Of a stretch of 50,398 nucleotides of DNA, positions 11,077 through 24,486 are shown one piece after another; position 1 is the stretch's first letter, and each line of letters opens with the position of its first letter. The DNA is taken from positions 1-50,398 of the forward strand of contig JBLHKO010000005.1 of the NCBI GenBank assembly GCA_047620145.1, given 5' to 3'. Under the pieces are notes generated by a model. It had not been told where the DNA came from, did not search any database, and worked only from the letters and a program-made list of their open reading frames with translations. The position numbers were made by a program, and so were the translations under genes. The stretch is from Gammaproteobacteria bacterium. GTDB taxonomy: Bacteria > Pseudomonadota > Gammaproteobacteria > Eutrophobiales > Eutrophobiaceae.

Positions 11077-13476
11077 TTATGCTTTCCTCAAGCTGACATG
11101 GCCATGCCATGGGCCTAATTCAGAATGAATTGATTGCGCAGCCTGTACCAATACGCAGCCAACAGAGATATTTTCACTAATCATCGCCGGTGCACTGATA
11201 GAATTTTCTTCATACTCTGCAATAACAATATCACCCGCAGACACATTTAATTTATCGGCAGTTTGCGGACTAATATGAATCGAACCTTTATTTCTATCTG
11301 ATTTTTGTAATGCCTGTGCCCTTCTAGTCATCGCATCGATACTAAACATGGGGGTCTCTGTAATTCTTTGCAGCGTATGATTTCCAGACGGAACACTATT
11401 TAATACATCTTTTAATGTATCGGGTGCAGTCCAACTACCTACACTACCTAAGGCAACATTTTTGATAGCGCCAGTAACTTCGTCTCTAACTTCTTCTGAG
11501 CTGTTATATTCAAAGGCTTCTATATTCAGCAAATTACCCAGTACACGGAGTATCTTCCAGCTTGGTCGTGCCTCGCCCATCGGTAGCACTGCTCCGGTAA
11601 AACTTTGTGATAGTCCTTCAACATTAATATAGGTGCCCGACGTTTCTGCAAAAAGTGCAATAGGTAAAAGCACATCTGCATATTGTTTCATAGCTTCTGA
11701 TTGATAAGCCGTCATCGAGACAACGAACTCTGCAGACTGCATTGCCTGGCGTGCTTTATATCCATCCCAACAATCAAGCTCTGGTTCAATACCCATAAGC
11801 AGATAAGCTTTCAGAGGTTGTTCCAACATTGCAGCTAGCGTTAGCCCGGCAACATCAATAGATGCACCCCCTACGTCTCTATGCGGTAACACACCTGCCA
11901 GATGCGCACCGCTGGTATTTGCTGCTTCACTGAGGAAACCAAATTTTAGATTGCCTAGTTTAGCGATAGCGAGTGCTAAACATTTTAATGTTGAATACTC
12001 ATTATGCGCAGTCGCGAGGTTCCCCAGAAGCACTGAACCAGTGTCAGCAGCGGATAATTTTTTTGCGATGACTCGATGTTCATCACTCACGACCACGTCT
12101 TTTATTAATGATTGAACAGAAGCATCAGCAGTATTATTTGAAGATTCGGGAAAAGCCTTAACAATCGCGGCAAGTGTCGTTGTTATTTCTGCGGGAGACT
12201 TGATTATTTTTTCAGAAAGATCGTAATTAAAGTCATAATCTATAGAGTTAATCATCATTACCTCTGCACCCTTTAAGGAGGCTTTACGCAATCGATGATT
12301 AATCATTGGTTGTTCTTTTCTGACGTTACTGCCAATGACTAATACTGCATCAAGATCTTCAAGTGTGGCGATTGATTGTCCCAGATAAGGAAAAATCGGA
12401 TCAGCTTCTTGTTGTTTGAAATCATTTTGCCGTAGTCGGGAATCTATATTATTAGATCCAAGCCCGCGTAATAATTTTTGGAATAGATAAAGTTCTTCGA
12501 GAGTCGATGTCGGTGAAGCTAACCCACCTAATTGATCACCACCATGATTTGATAATATTTTATCCAGGTTATCACGTACAAACTCGAGTGCGGTTTCCCA
12601 GTCTGTTTCCTGCCAGTCGCCATCGATTTTTATCATTGGCGTCTTTAAACGATCCTCGCTATACATGCCTTCATAGCTAAATCGATCGCGGTCTGATATC
12701 CATACTTCATTGATAGCTTCATTTTCTGCAGGAACAACGCGCATAACCCGATCACCCTTGACATGAAGTTGTACGTTCGAACCCACAGAATCATGTGGTG
12801 CAATACTTTCCCGCTGTACCATTTCCCATGCCCGTGCAGAATATCTAAAAGGTTTAGAGGTCAATGCGCCAACAGGACAGACATCAATAATATTGCCTGA
12901 TAATTCAGAAGAGACACTCTTTTCAATATAAGTGCCAATTTCCATACGCTCGCCACGCCCGGTAGCGCCCATTTCGCGCAGGCCGGCGATTTCTTCACCA
13001 AAACGAATACAACGTGTGCAGTGAATACAGCGTGTCATATCGGTTTGAATTAATGGACCAATATTTTTATCTTGCACAACACGTTTACTTTCTTGATAAC
13101 GCGAAACACCTTCGCCATAACCCATAGCAAGATCTTGCAACTCACATTCCCCGCCTTGATCACATATTGGACAATCCAGTGGGTGATTTATCAGTAAAAA
13201 TTCCATGACAGATTTTTGAGCTTCCATGGCAAGTTTTGAACGAGTAGAAACTTTCATCCCCTCCATCACCGGCGTAGAGCAAGCAGGCAAGGGTTTCGGT
13301 GCTTTTTCTACCTCGACCAGACACATGCGACAGTTCGCTGCGACAGTCAATTTTTTGTGATAACAGAACCTTGGAATATATATATCATTGGCATCAGTAA
13401 CTTCAATAAGCATCTGCCCACGGCGCGCCTCCAGCGACTTGCCATCCACTTCAATATGTAAGATATCGTCTGTCAT
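11077..13476 (-). CDS. nuoG: NADH-quinone oxidoreductase subunit G
   Basis: [40 protein letters not shown]. Confidence 0.97.
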   Translation of the reverse strand: MTDDILHIEVDGKSLEARRGQMLIEVTDANDIYIPRFCYHKKLTVAANCRMCLVEVEKAPKPLPACSTPVMEGMKVSTRSKLAMEAQKSVMEFLLINHPLDCPICDQGGECELQDLAMGYGEGVSRYQESKRVVQDKNIGPLIQTDMTRCIHCTRCIRFGEEIAGLREMGATGRGERMEIGTYIEKSVSSELSGNIIDVCPVGALTSKPFRYSARAWEMVQRESIAPHDSVGSNVQLHVKGDRVMRVVPAENEAINEVWISDRDRFSYEGMYSEDRLKTPMIKIDGDWQETDWETALEFVRDNLDKILSNHGGDQLGGLASPTSTLEELYLFQKLLRGLGSNNIDSRLRQNDFKQQEADPIFPYLGQSIATLEDLDAVLVIGSNVRKEQPMINHRLRKASLKGAEVMMINSIDYDFNYDLSEKIIKSPAEITTTLAAIVKAFPESSNNTADASVQSLIKDVVVSDEHRVIAKKLSAADTGSVLLGNLATAHNEYSTLKCLALAIAKLGNLKFGFLSEAANTSGAHLAGVLPHRDVGGASIDVAGLTLAAMLEQPLKAYLLMGIEPELDCWDGYKARQAMQSAEFVVSMTAYQSEAMKQYADVLLPIALFAETSGTYINVEGLSQSFTGAVLPMGEARPSWKILRVLGNLLNIEAFEYNSSEEVRDEVTGAIKNVALGSVGSWTAPDTLKDVLNSVPSGNHTLQRITETPMFSIDAMTRRAQALQKSDRNKGSIHISPQTADKLNVSAGDIVIAEYEENSISAPAMISENISVGCVLVQAAQSIHSELGPWHGHVSLRKA

Positions 13477-13484
13477 AATTATTA

Positions 13485-14783
13485 TTAATTATTATGGTTG
13501 CATCCAGTGCCCGGCATACAAGATTTATTATCTATGTGATATTGAAATTCATCACGAAATCTTTTTACAAAACTTTGCACTGGCCACGCTGCCGCATCAC
13601 CTAAGGCGCAGATAGTTCTGCCTTCGATCTTGTTCGCAACATCAATTAATTTATCCAGGTCCTCTTGCTCACCTGCTCCGTTCTCGATACGTTTAATCAC
13701 GCGATACAACCAGCCAGTTCCTTCACGGCATGGCGTGCATTGACCACATGATTCTGAATAATAGAATCGTGAAATACGCTCAAGCATCTGTACCATACAA
13801 GTTGTTTCATCCATTACAACGACAGCACCAGAACCAAGATACGATCCGGCTTTCTGAATAGATTCATAATCCATATTTACTTCCATCATGTCTTCGCCAT
13901 GCATGACTGGAACTGATGAGCCTCCCGGAATCACAGCTTTTAGTTTATTGCCATTACGTACGCCACCGGCAAGTTCCAATAATTCCGCAAAAGGCATGCC
14001 CATAGGCACTTCGAAATTACCTGGCTTATTAACGTGACCACTAACTGAAAAACATTTACTACCGCCACTATTAGGCACGCCCATTTCAGCGAACCAGCTG
14101 GCGCCATTTCTGATAATAGAGGGAACTGAAGCAAAGGATTCTGTGTTATTGATTGTGGTTGGCTTACCATACAAACCAAAATTGGCTGGAAACGGTGGTT
14201 TAAAACGTGGTTGCCCTTTTTTACCTTCCAATGATTCCAGCAATGCGGTTTCTTCGCCACAAATATAGGCACCTGCACCCAATGTGCCATAAACTTCCAC
14301 TTCTACATCCGTGCCCTTGATATTACGACCCAAATAACCTTGTTCGTAGGCTTCTTTCAATGCGTTTTCAAAACGTTGATATGGCTCATCCATAAATTCG
14401 CCGCGCATATAATTGTATGCCACCTTGGTGCCCATGGCGTAACAAGCAATGGCTAATCCTTCCACCAAAGAATGAGGATTAAATCGCAAAATATCTCGAT
14501 CCTTACAAGTACCGGGTTCGCTTTCGTCTGAATTACATACGACGTATTTTGGACCATCAATATTTCGTGGCATGAAACTCCATTTCAATCCAGTGGGGAA
14601 TCCAGCACCACCACGTCCACGTAATCCAGACGCTTTAATAATTTCAATAACATCTTCAGGTGGAGTCCGCTCACGAACTATTTTCACCCAGGCTTCGTAG
14701 CCTCCCACTTTTTTATAATTTTCAAGCGTCCATGGCTCATCAAACTGACGCGTTGCATAACAAACCTGATCTAACTTTGCCAT
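13485..14783 (-). CDS. nuoF: NADH-quinone oxidoreductase subunit F
   Basis: [38 protein letters not shown]. Start placed at ATG 14783. Confidence 0.97.
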   Translation of the reverse strand: MAKLDQVCYATRQFDEPWTLENYKKVGGYEAWVKIVRERTPPEDVIEIIKASGLRGRGGAGFPTGLKWSFMPRNIDGPKYVVCNSDESEPGTCKDRDILRFNPHSLVEGLAIACYAMGTKVAYNYMRGEFMDEPYQRFENALKEAYEQGYLGRNIKGTDVEVEVYGTLGAGAYICGEETALLESLEGKKGQPRFKPPFPANFGLYGKPTTINNTESFASVPSIIRNGASWFAEMGVPNSGGSKCFSVSGHVNKPGNFEVPMGMPFAELLELAGGVRNGNKLKAVIPGGSSVPVMHGEDMMEVNMDYESIQKAGSYLGSGAVVVMDETTCMVQMLERISRFYYSESCGQCTPCREGTGWLYRVIKRIENGAGEQEDLDKLIDVANKIEGRTICALGDAAAWPVQSFVKRFRDEFQYHIDNKSCMPGTGCNHNN

Positions 14784-14790
14784 CCGCGAA

Positions 14791-15288
14791 TTACTCCAGA
14801 TTATCCAGGATTTCATCGACCTTTTCAGGCGTCAGATTCTCATGATAAATATGATTAACCATCATCATCGGCGCACCACAGCAAGCAGCAAGGCATTCTT
14901 CCTCTTGCTTCAGGTGATAACGACCATCTTCAGTTGATTCACCTTCTTTAATACCCAATTTTTTCTCTATGTGTTGCATGATCTTACCTGAGCCATTCAA
15001 CATACATGAAATATTGGTGCACACAGAAATGCTATTACGTCCTACCTTTTCTGTTTCCAACATGGAGTAAAATGAACCAACTTCATAGACGGCAATTGCA
15101 GGCATCTCAAGATATTCTGCTATCGCATCCATTAACTCTGTGGTTAAGTAACCTTGATTCTCATGCTGTACTTCACGACATGCTGCCAATACTGCAGACT
15201 GTTTTTGATCTGCAGGATATTTTGCAATCCAGCGGTCAATCTCGGATCGGACGTGTTCAGATAATTTATTTTTGTCTGTCTTAGTCAT
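14791..15288 (-). CDS. nuoE: NADH-quinone oxidoreductase subunit E
   Basis: CTNISCML and [10 protein letters not shown] 2Fe-2S ligands. Confidence 0.96.
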   Translation of the reverse strand: MTKTDKNKLSEHVRSEIDRWIAKYPADQKQSAVLAACREVQHENQGYLTTELMDAIAEYLEMPAIAVYEVGSFYSMLETEKVGRNSISVCTNISCMLNGSGKIMQHIEKKLGIKEGESTEDGRYHLKQEEECLAACCGAPMMMVNHIYHENLTPEKVDEILDNLE

Positions 15289-15319
15289 TGTAAATATTTA
15301 TATAAAATCTCACGATATT

Positions 15320-15395
15320 CGTGAAGTGTTAAGCGTGAAAAATGAAAAGCATTATTTAAATTTTGCGTTTCACACTTCACCTTTAACATTTCACG
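15320..15395. repeat. Inverted array of heptamer repeats (4+4 units) in the nuoD-nuoE spacer
   Basis: Left arm 15320-15347 is CGTGAAG TGTTAAG CGTGAAA AATGAAA. Right arm 15368-15395, reverse-complemented, is CGTGAAA TGTTAAA GGTGAAG TGTGAAA. Confidence 0.8.
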
Positions 15396-15399
15396 TTTA

Positions 15400-16653
15400 T
15401 TACCTATCAATCTCTCCGAAAACAATATCTTGTGTTCCAATAATCGCTACGACATCTGACAGCATATGGCCTCTGACCATTTCATCCATTGAAGATAAAT
15501 GCGCAAAACCTGGAGCACGAATTTTTAATCTGTAGGGTTTATTGGCTCCATCAGAAATCAAATAAATACCAAACTCACCTTTCGGATGTTCAACGGCTGT
15601 ATACGTTTCACCTTCCGGTACACAGTAACCCTCTGTAAATAATTTAAAGTGATGAATAAGTGCTTCCATATCACCTTTCATTTCCTCACGTTTTGGTGGA
15701 GCTAACTTATGGTCGTCCAGAATGACTGGTCCCGGATTTTGTTTTAACCAATCAACACATTGTTTGATAATACGATTCGACTGGCGCATTTCTTCTACAC
15801 GTACCAGATAGCGATCATAGCAATCGCCATTGGTGCCGACCGGAATATCAAAATCGACACGATCATAAATATCGTAGGTTTGTTTTTTACGCAGGTCCCA
15901 TTCGACACCGGAACCTCGCAACATGGGGCCAGTAAAACCCAACTGCAATGCGCGTTCTGCTGTCACTATTCCAATATCAACAGTACGCTGCTTCCAAATT
16001 CTATTATCCGTCAGTAATGTTTCATACTCATCAATACAACCTGGAAACTTTTCTGTAAATCTTTCGATAAAATCGAGCAAGGAACCTTGTCTGTCCTTGT
16101 TCATATTCTTAACTTCTTTTTCATTATGCCATTTTGATGCTTCATATTGCGGCATGTTATCCGGGAGGTCCCGATAAACACCTCCAGGACGAAAATAGGT
16201 CGCATGCATACGTGTGCCGGATACTGCTTCATAACAGTCCATAAGATCTTCACGTTCACGAAAACAATACAGGAACATGGTCATGGCACCGACATCTAAT
16301 GCGTGTGTGCCGAGCCACATGAGATGATTCAGTACCCGGGTAATTTCAGCAAACATGACGCGAATATATTGCGCACGTATCGGAGGCCTGACGCCCATTA
16401 ATTTTTCTATTGCCATCACATAAGCATGTTCATTACACATCATGGAGACATAATCGAGTCTATCCATGTAACCAATACTCTGGTTGTACGGTTTATATTC
16501 TGCTAATTTTTCCGTACCTCGATGTAACAAACCAATATGCGGATCAGCTCTTTCAATGACTTCACCATCCATCTCCAACACCAGGCGTAAAACACCATGC
16601 GCTGCAGGATGCTGCGGCCCAAAATTCATGGTCATATTACGAATTTCAGGCAT
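15400..16653 (-). CDS. nuoD: NADH-quinone oxidoreductase subunit D
   Basis: [25 protein letters not shown]-terminal DIVFGEIDR. Confidence 0.98.
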   Translation of the reverse strand: MPEIRNMTMNFGPQHPAAHGVLRLVLEMDGEVIERADPHIGLLHRGTEKLAEYKPYNQSIGYMDRLDYVSMMCNEHAYVMAIEKLMGVRPPIRAQYIRVMFAEITRVLNHLMWLGTHALDVGAMTMFLYCFREREDLMDCYEAVSGTRMHATYFRPGGVYRDLPDNMPQYEASKWHNEKEVKNMNKDRQGSLLDFIERFTEKFPGCIDEYETLLTDNRIWKQRTVDIGIVTAERALQLGFTGPMLRGSGVEWDLRKKQTYDIYDRVDFDIPVGTNGDCYDRYLVRVEEMRQSNRIIKQCVDWLKQNPGPVILDDHKLAPPKREEMKGDMEALIHHFKLFTEGYCVPEGETYTAVEHPKGEFGIYLISDGANKPYRLKIRAPGFAHLSSMDEMVRGHMLSDVVAIIGTQDIVFGEIDR

Positions 16654-17365
16654 CTTTTTGTCCTTCTGCTAATGCTTCTTCACCCTGCATGTCTTCATAA
16701 CGATTGTCATGGCGAATTACTCTAGGAACCAAGACACGATTTTTTATCGTAACAGGCTGATAAATAACACGTTTTTGTTCTTCGTCATAGCGAACTTCAA
16801 CATTGCCTTCCAATGGAAAATCTTTTCTAAACGGATGGCCTACAAAGCCGTAGTCAGTCAAAAGTCTTCTCAGATCAGGATGACCTTCAAACAATATACC
16901 AAATAAATCAAACGCCTCACGTTCATACCAATTCGCCGATGCCCAAACATCCACCACTGACTCAATTTTTGCAGGCGTATCGTCAATCATGCAACGAACC
17001 CGTAACCGTTGATTATTTTTTATCGACAATAAATGATAAGCAACAGCAAAATGAGGTCTTGCTTTCGCATCGTCATCAAAAATTTCCTTGCTAACACCAC
17101 GGCTGAAGCCTGTACTCGACGTACTTTGGGTTTCCCAATCCGCCTTGCCAAAGGTTGAATAATCCACACCGCAAAGATCAACTAATTGCTCGAAGGAATA
17201 TTCCGCCTCATCTCTCAGAGATTGACATACAGATAGCAATTGTTCGGGTTTTAATTCGATAACCGCCTGTCCATAGGCAACATGAGCATTCGTTATCGCT
17301 TCACCAAAACGTGCGATTAAAGAATCCACGAGGGAATTTACTAATGTATCATCAGAATTTTTCAT
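16646..17365 (-). CDS. nuoC: NADH-quinone oxidoreductase subunit C (not fused to D)
   Basis: [39 protein letters not shown]. Confidence 0.96.
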   Translation of the reverse strand: MKNSDDTLVNSLVDSLIARFGEAITNAHVAYGQAVIELKPEQLLSVCQSLRDEAEYSFEQLVDLCGVDYSTFGKADWETQSTSSTGFSRGVSKEIFDDDAKARPHFAVAYHLLSIKNNQRLRVRCMIDDTPAKIESVVDVWASANWYEREAFDLFGILFEGHPDLRRLLTDYGFVGHPFRKDFPLEGNVEVRYDEEQKRVIYQPVTIKNRVLVPRVIRHDNRYEDMQGEEALAEGQKDA

Positions 17366-17400
17366 GCTTTGTTATGAAGTTCTTATATGACAGACTCTAA

Positions 17401-17901
17401 CTACCGAGCGATGGTGTTGGTCCGCTTGATTTTATTTTGAAGTTGTATAATCCCGAATAAAAGCGCCTCTGCTGTTGGCGGACAGCCTGGAACATAGACA
17501 TCCACGGGGACGATACGATCACAGCCTCGGACAACAGCATAGGAATAATGATAATAACCGCCACCGTTCGCACATGAACCCATGGAAATAACCCAACGAG
17601 GTTCGGCCATCTGGTCATACACTTTGCGTAACGCAGGTGCCATTTTATTGACCAGTGTCCCTGCCACTATCATGACATCAGATTGACGAGGACTGGGTCT
17701 GAAAATCACACCAAAACGATCCATATCGTAACGAGAGGCACCTGCCTGCATCATTTCAACTGCACAGCACGCCAGACCAAAAGTCATAGGCCACAAAGAG
17801 CCTGTTCGGGCCCAGTTCACAATATTATCTACGGACGTCGTCACAATCCCTTTTTCGTGAACTGTAGCTTCCATCTCTGCAGGTTGTTGTTCTACTCCCA
17901 T
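17401..17901 (-). CDS. nuoB: NADH-quinone oxidoreductase subunit B
   Basis: [24 protein letters not shown]. Start placed at ATG 17901 (MGVEQ); start position uncertain. Confidence 0.96.
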   Translation of the reverse strand: MGVEQQPAEMEATVHEKGIVTTSVDNIVNWARTGSLWPMTFGLACCAVEMMQAGASRYDMDRFGVIFRPSPRQSDVMIVAGTLVNKMAPALRKVYDQMAEPRWVISMGSCANGGGYYHYSYAVVRGCDRIVPVDVYVPGCPPTAEALLFGIIQLQNKIKRTNTIAR

Positions 17902-18260
17902 TCCAGAGCTCCTTTGCGCCATTCATAAATAAAGCCAATTACCAGTACACCCAAAAATATCATCATCGCCCAGAATCCTGCCATGCCTATTTCGTCAAGG
18001 GCAACAGCCCAGGGAAACAGAAATGCGATTTCAAGATCAAAGATGATAAATAGGATAGCCACGAGATAATAACGAACGTCAAATTTAATTCGGGCATTTT
18101 CAAAAGGTTCAAACCCACACTCATAGGGAGATTGTTTTGCACTGTCTGCACGGGCATGCCCCATTAGTTTGCCTAAGCCAAATCCAATAACGAGCATTGC
18201 AGCACCCATCACCAGACCTATGGCAATGAATACAAGTATAGGAAAATAATTTTCCAACAT
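17892..18260 (-). CDS. nuoA: NADH-quinone oxidoreductase subunit A
   Basis: [29 protein letters not shown]. Confidence 0.97.
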   Translation of the reverse strand: MLENYFPILVFIAIGLVMGAAMLVIGFGLGKLMGHARADSAKQSPYECGFEPFENARIKFDVRYYLVAILFIIFDLEIAFLFPWAVALDEIGMAGFWAMMIFLGVLVIGFIYEWRKGALEWE

Positions 18261-18488
18261 TTAGTTTGTTACACCCTTCTCAATTCAAAATACTGGATTA
18301 AACGACCTGCCTACAAACAACTAAAATCTAACTTTGGCCAAGTTTTTTCCGCACTCGTCAAACAATTGAGGCAGTATACAATCTTGCCACTCATCAATCA
18401 CTGAAATTAGCGAAAAAATTTTAAATTAAAGTGTGTTCATTTAAGTGATTACTTAAGAAAATGATGTACTACCTAAGCCACGGTTTAT

Positions 18489-19574
18489 CTATCTGCTTTG
18501 AAGATAGGCATAAATCACTGCTGCTAGCGCGATTGCAAGAGATGAAAAGATGACACAATCCTTCCAACCGATCTTTCCTTTCGTTTCTTTATCTTCCAGA
18601 TTATTTCCTACTTTATTCTTATTACTGCCAGATGCGTAACGCCATTGAGTGACCGTTGACAAATTTGGATCGGTAAGCATTTGTCGCCACTCAGCAAGCG
18701 TTTGTGGTCGTTCCTTGTGATTGCTCCTCCGTATTGCATGTTCAACTGCTCGCAAGAAGAATGGTGAATATTTATCATTATGTTTATCCAGAATATCCTC
18801 AATCTCCTGTATAGCCTCTTCACCACTGGAACGATTACGTAAAGTTGCATCAACCGGCGCCTCACCCGTTATTGCTCGATACAACGTAGCGCCCAAGCCA
18901 TAGATATCTGTTCAGGGTCCTTGCATATCGCTCCTGCCATAATATTGTTCAAACGGCGCATAGCCCGGGGAAGCAACCTTAGTCAGGGTCATGATCGCTT
19001 CGCCAATCGCCTGACGCGCTGATCCAAAATCCAGTAATAATGCTGTGCCGTCTTCGCGAATAAAGATATTCCCAGGCTTTACATCACGATGAATAAAGCC
19101 TTCTGCGTGTATCCCTTCTAAACCATCTAATATGCCCATGACCATATCAGTCAGTTCTTCCTCAGATGGTTGACCTTTCTTAACTCTCTCCTGAAAACTG
19201 ATGCCTTCTTCATAACTCATTATCATGTAGGCCGTATTATTGGCTTCAAATACGGTATGAACGCGGACAATATTGGGATGATTAAACTTTGATAAGGTCT
19301 TTGCTTCTCTGATAAATCGCTCAAGACCCCATTATAGCGTGCAGGTACTATCTTCCTCATCGCCAATGGACTGTAGCATATAATTTTCACTTCTGGTTGC
19401 CATGCTCCGTGGCATAAATTCCTTGATCGCAACTTCACGATCAAGGCTACTGTCCGTCGCTAAATAAGTAATGCCGAAACCACCCTGCCCTAATATGCGT
19501 TTAACCGTATAGCAGTTCAGTTCATAACCGATCGGCAGAGCATTTAATGGAGGCGATGACTGTGATTTCCCCAT
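18489..19574 (-). pseudogene. Hanks-type Ser/Thr protein kinase with C-terminal TM helix, interrupted by two in-frame stops
   Basis: ORFs 19332-19574, 18912-19226 and 18489-18896 share one frame. Motifs GQGGFG, VAIKE, HPNIV, HRDVKPGN, DFG, YAPFEQ and DIY are present. Stops are TAA at 19332-19334 and TGA at 18912-18914 (QGP*TDIY, normally W). Confidence 0.88.
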
Positions 19575-19643
19575 GAGAATTTAAATACATAGTATTAATA
19601 AACTAGCTGGATCTAGGGATGCATTTAATAAAACTGCCCCCCA

Positions 19644-21643
<2,000 letters not shown>

Positions 21644-21742
21644 TTAATTTCGATATTATATGTCAGTAAACAAGCAATCTGCTCTGGGATTATTTATTTA
21701 GCTAACGCGATGGATAATACACCCTATCGCAACGCAATAATA

Positions 21743-21853
21743 ATGTTTAAGCATTGCATATTCCTGCTTATTCAGAAGCTTGAGAATGAGCTAGATCTCA
21801 AACGCTTTAGCTGTAATTACAAAAGGGTAAAACTAACTAAAAGGCGATATTGA
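21743..21853 (+). pseudogene. Probable remnant of a LysR-type HTH domain
   Basis: 36-codon ORF containing IQKLENELDLKRFSCNYKRVKLT, which resembles the LysR pattern I..LE.ELG..LF.R....V.LT. Confidence 0.45.
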
Positions 21854-22063
21854 ATTATGGGGACAAAGTAATAAGCGGTTTTACCCCAACTGTAAGAACA
21901 CATTGGGAAGTTTTGTATTTTCTATATTTATACAATGTGATCTTTTTCCGCAGACCCCACTCGACACCCATGACAAAATGGCGTGTAGTAAACGCCTCGT
22001 TCGAGTCCGAATTTATTACATCTACAGTACGATTCTGAAAGCTAATTTAAATTAATATGGCCT

Positions 22064-23371
22064 TTAAAATTCATTTAACCTCAATGTTTGTTGAATTTTT
22101 TCACTATGTTGTGTATCCACATTCGCTTTTTTTGCGAACTCTTTCCAATTTGATACTACTTTTTTCACATCATCAATAATTTTTTCAGCTCGACCACGTT
22201 TCATGGAAGTGACTTTTGCGCAGGCTTTAAAGTCATCAAGTGTAAAATGATTTATTTTATCATTGATACTCATTTGATGATTAGCCGTCCATTTTCCTGA
22301 TGGGTTAAAACTGTATGTGATATCAAATGCTGGAGACAATGACCACTCACCCAATTTATTCATCATAAAGGCAATATTTTTAACATGGTCATCCTGATTT
22401 CGTGCGATGACATTAAATACCATTCTACGAAATTGCTCCTCAGTATCATCCATTGACAACTTAAGGTGTCGAATCACCATAAAGGCCTGTTCATAAGAAT
22501 ATGCCCCGGCCTTTTTATAATCATAATGCCCCAATGCTCCAAGAGATTGCATATGCAGTTTTTCTCCATCCGCCAAACGATCAAAGCGTTTTGTCATAAA
22601 ATGTCGCCTATTGTTTTCTTCAAATAAATGACATTCTTCCATATTAATTCCTGCTGCCTTTGCCATTTTTGAATACGCATATTCAATCACACCATACCCC
22701 CCTGGATCAGCAAGTTCTCTATCTCGATTATTACTGACACCGTCAAATTTCAAGATCCAGTATTCAAATCCTTTTTTTGTTTTCACCTCCCCAGATCGCA
22801 CTTCATTAGTTTCAGGATTCCACGCTATTACTGCCTTGGCCCTAGCACCACCTGCAGATGTGCCAATTTGTAATATATCCTTCATGGCTTGATCCTTACT
22901 TTCATTTTCGAATGAAATATTTAGATCATTCCGTTCTGAAAGAATTTCTGAAGCTAGCTTGACCATTTGATCAACCTGTATCTTATTTGATGTAGCTCGT
23001 TTAGGACCTTCGGCTGGCAAATATTCCAGTGCACCCATGCCTCTATCTCCGATATAACAAAGGCGTTCTACGGCGTTGAATGATTGTGGAGTACGGCCCT
23101 GCCTCGCTAACCATTTATCTATCAGAGCATTGCCAAACTTATCGGGCAATGAATCTGCTAACAAGCCTGGCAACCCATGGAATGACTCAAGATTAAGATT
23201 ATGAAATTGATACACACGGTCAGATTCCAGTCGCATATTAATGGGTGAGACCTCTATCCGACTCTCAATAAATGACCCATCAAACTGAAATGATGCTATG
23301 TTTTCATCTTGTTCAAGTGATACCGCTCCGATGGTATTTCCCCACAATCTGACCTCCGCAATTGTTGTCAT
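22064..23371 (-). CDS. hipA: HipA-family kinase toxin (N-terminal couple domain plus kinase domain)
   Basis: DSLPDKFG, SAGGARAK, DDHVKN, LSPAFD. Confidence 0.93.
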   Translation of the reverse strand: MTTIAEVRLWGNTIGAVSLEQDENIASFQFDGSFIESRIEVSPINMRLESDRVYQFHNLNLESFHGLPGLLADSLPDKFGNALIDKWLARQGRTPQSFNAVERLCYIGDRGMGALEYLPAEGPKRATSNKIQVDQMVKLASEILSERNDLNISFENESKDQAMKDILQIGTSAGGARAKAVIAWNPETNEVRSGEVKTKKGFEYWILKFDGVSNNRDRELADPGGYGVIEYAYSKMAKAAGINMEECHLFEENNRRHFMTKRFDRLADGEKLHMQSLGALGHYDYKKAGAYSYEQAFMVIRHLKLSMDDTEEQFRRMVFNVIARNQDDHVKNIAFMMNKLGEWSLSPAFDITYSFNPSGKWTANHQMSINDKINHFTLDDFKACAKVTSMKRGRAEKIIDDVKKVVSNWKEFAKKANVDTQHSEKIQQTLRLNEF

Positions 23372-23718
23372 TCATCTTCCTTCCATTTCCAGACCGTTGC
23401 GGTACTGTCTATGGGCTTTTTCTTTGAGGCACGAATTCGTATTTTTCTTTTTTGTTTCAGTAAATTCATAGGTTTGGTTCGAACCTCAGGTACCATGCGA
23501 TCCAAGTTATCCATCAAATCTAATACTCTAAATATCTTTATTATGCTCAACATCTGACTTGAAGCGCCGTCTTCAATGCGTTCTAGAGACCTTTTTGACA
23601 CCCCCGCTTTTTTAGCGACTTCTGCTTGTGTCATATTTAAATCAACTCGGCGTCCCGAAATTCGTTGTCCAATTTCGGCCAGAATTGCCTCATCTGTCAG
23701 TTGTTTTTCTATATTCAT
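23368..23718 (-). CDS. hipB: XRE-HTH antitoxin/regulator (HipB-like)
   Basis: TQAEVAKKAGVSKRSLERIE.G HTH, 4-nt overlap with hipA, C-terminal WKWKED. Start moved to ATG 23718 because the upstream extension is the operator array. Confidence 0.85.
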   Translation of the reverse strand: MNIEKQLTDEAILAEIGQRISGRRVDLNMTQAEVAKKAGVSKRSLERIEDGASSQMLSIIKIFRVLDLMDNLDRMVPEVRTKPMNLLKQKRKIRIRASKKKPIDSTATVWKWKEDE

Positions 23719-23720
23719 AG

Positions 23721-23866
23721 TCGTAATATATGGCGAATTAATAGATATATTAGACTTATATCGTAATATATGACGATTTACAATATATTCGTATAATATA
23801 TCAATATAATTCGTCATTTTTGACGAGTTATATTGATATATTTATTTATATCGTAATATATGGCGA
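23721..23866. promoter_or_regulatory. Four 16-bp near-palindromic operators upstream of hipB
   Basis: TCGTAATATATGGCGA (23721), TCGTAATATATGACGA (23761), TCGTCATTTTTGACGA (23811), TCGTAATATATGGCGA (23851). Confidence 0.8.
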
Positions 23867-24008
23867 ATTGATTTAACTTGTGTTTTAGATTATAGGTTTA
23901 TCAGATCTAATCATTAAATCCCTTAAATATAAGCATAAGCGCGATCAAAAAGGACTTGGTCTTTATGCAGCTTGTGCTTCAGCAAGGCTTTTCTCAAAAA
24001 CGGTCAAT

Positions 24009-24093
24009 TGGTGCCGATGCCCGGAGTCGAACCGGGATGCCCTAAAGCACTACCCCCTCAAGATAGCGTGTCTACCAATTCCACCACATCGGC
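24009..24093 (-). tRNA. tRNA-Leu(GAG)
   Basis: 85 nt GCCGATG...CATCGGCACCA, anticodon loop TTGAGGG, long variable arm, GGTTCGACTCC T-loop; usual position after secG. Confidence 0.97.
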
Positions 24094-24107
24094 GAGTTGT
24101 ACTGAGA

Positions 24108-24482
24108 TTACTCTTTGGGAATCGAAGGAATATCAGATTCGGTTGTATTTAGAGTAGGAATATCTGTCGGTATCATTTCTTCGATGACCACTGGCTCGCT
24201 TTCCATGAGGCTCACTGGGGCTACTACACGCTCTGTTGCGATATAGCCAAGTAATAAGCTGTTACTTAGAAACAAAAATGCGAGCACGGCGGTTGCCTTG
24301 GTCAGGAAATTACCAGAGCCTTGACTGCCGAACACGGTCGAGGAAGCACCGCTGCCAAAGGCCGCACCTGCATCTGCACCTTTGCCGTGTTGAATAAGAA
24401 TAAATCCTATCAAAGTTATGGCAACGACGACCTGAAAAACGAGTAAAACTAATTGTAATGATTGTGCGTTTAAAAATTCCAT
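24108..24482 (-). CDS. secG: Preprotein translocase subunit SecG
   Basis: LIQHGKGADAGAAFGSGASSTVFGSQGSGNFL. Start placed at ATG 24482. Confidence 0.96.
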   Translation of the reverse strand: MEFLNAQSLQLVLLVFQVVVAITLIGFILIQHGKGADAGAAFGSGASSTVFGSQGSGNFLTKATAVLAFLFLSNSLLLGYIATERVVAPVSLMESEPVVIEEMIPTDIPTLNTTESDIPSIPKE

Positions 24483-24486
24483 CAAT

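Noticed and set aside
3455-18260. Numerous short antisense or alternate-frame ORFs inside nuo and other core genes
   Set aside because: Shadow ORFs of conserved coding sequence with no motifs or independent signals.
18912-18914. TGA as Trp (alternative genetic code) or selenocysteine in the kinase
   Set aside because: Neighbouring core genes end in TGA and use TGG for Trp. The position is a Trp site, not a Cys site, and the same gene also has a TAA.
21975-22012. tRNA-like fragment (GGCGT/ACGCC hairpin plus GTTCGAGTCC) as an att site
   Set aside because: No paired T-stem or acceptor stem, wrong strand, and no identity to the tRNA-Leu 3' end.
23719-23817. 33-aa N-terminal extension of HipB in the ORF track
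   Set aside because: It is translated operator DNA; the plausible start is ATG 23718.
23721-23866. CRISPR array
   Set aside because: Repeats are only 16 bp, spacers are AT-rich and partly mutually complementary, and no cas genes are present. Operator boxes fit better.
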